A DNA stretch of 54,206 nucleotides. It comes from a virus (Duplodnaviria > Caudoviricetes). The notes below the pieces were generated by a model, which was not told the DNA's origin, did no database searches, and saw only the letters and a program-made list of their open reading frames with translations. The stretch covers positions 1-54,206 of IMG/VR virus record IMGVR_UViG_3300023174_000215; one strand, given 5' to 3'. The first letter of the stretch is position 1. Each line of letters begins with the position of its first letter. Below are positions 54,159 to 54,206 of the stretch, one piece after another. The position numbers and the translations under genes are program-made.

Positions 54159-54206
54159 TTAAGCGGGAATTTCTATTGTAGGAAACTTAATAAACCCATC
54201 TTCTAG
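54159..54206 (-). CDS. 3-prime end of a gene cut by the window edge
   Basis: Open frame LEDGFIKFPTIEIPA-stop. Confidence 0.35.
   Translation of the reverse strand, partial: LEDGFIKFPTIEIPA

Noticed and set aside
1-54206. tRNA genes or stop-codon reassignment
   Set aside because: No cloverleaf with a T-loop found in the short intergenic gaps by eye (tRNAscan not run); TAA, TAG and TGA all end genes and coding density is high under the standard code

Overview
About 54 kb of a tailed dsDNA phage with a contractile tail (myovirus morphology). The host is most likely a low-GC Actinobacterium. This is inferred from WhiB, a RipA-like NlpC/P60 domain, a TTGTCCACA DnaA box and several leaderless promoters; GC looks low-40s % by eye and was not computed. 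Layout: (1) 1-443, a non-coding control region with two inverted pairs of DnaA boxes and a SigA-type promoter; (2) 444-5445 (+), about 20 small early-type ORFs and a secreted S8 protease, ending in a structured RNA-like element and a bidirectional terminator; (3) the rest is on the minus strand: class II RNR, a nucleotidyltransferase/HAD-like/TGT-like cassette, an array of mini-proteins (three share an N-terminal leader), metallophosphoesterase, SpoVS, HNH, a recombination-replication module (resolvase-like, Cas4-like, WhiB, RecA, PolA, SSB, SNF2, dNMP kinase, primase, DnaB, loader, initiator), baseplate/tail genes, basic Cys-rich mini-proteins and two duplicated fibre+partner cassettes. I recognised no capsid, terminase, integrase, endolysin, tRNA or CRISPR. 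Best leads: the shared-leader mini-protein array, the NTase cassette, the paired DnaA boxes, a probable +1 UUU-CGC frameshift in the tail chaperone, a His-rich insertion inside the spike OB-fold, and a thrice-repeated leaderless late-promoter motif. All protein calls come from motif recognition, not database searches.
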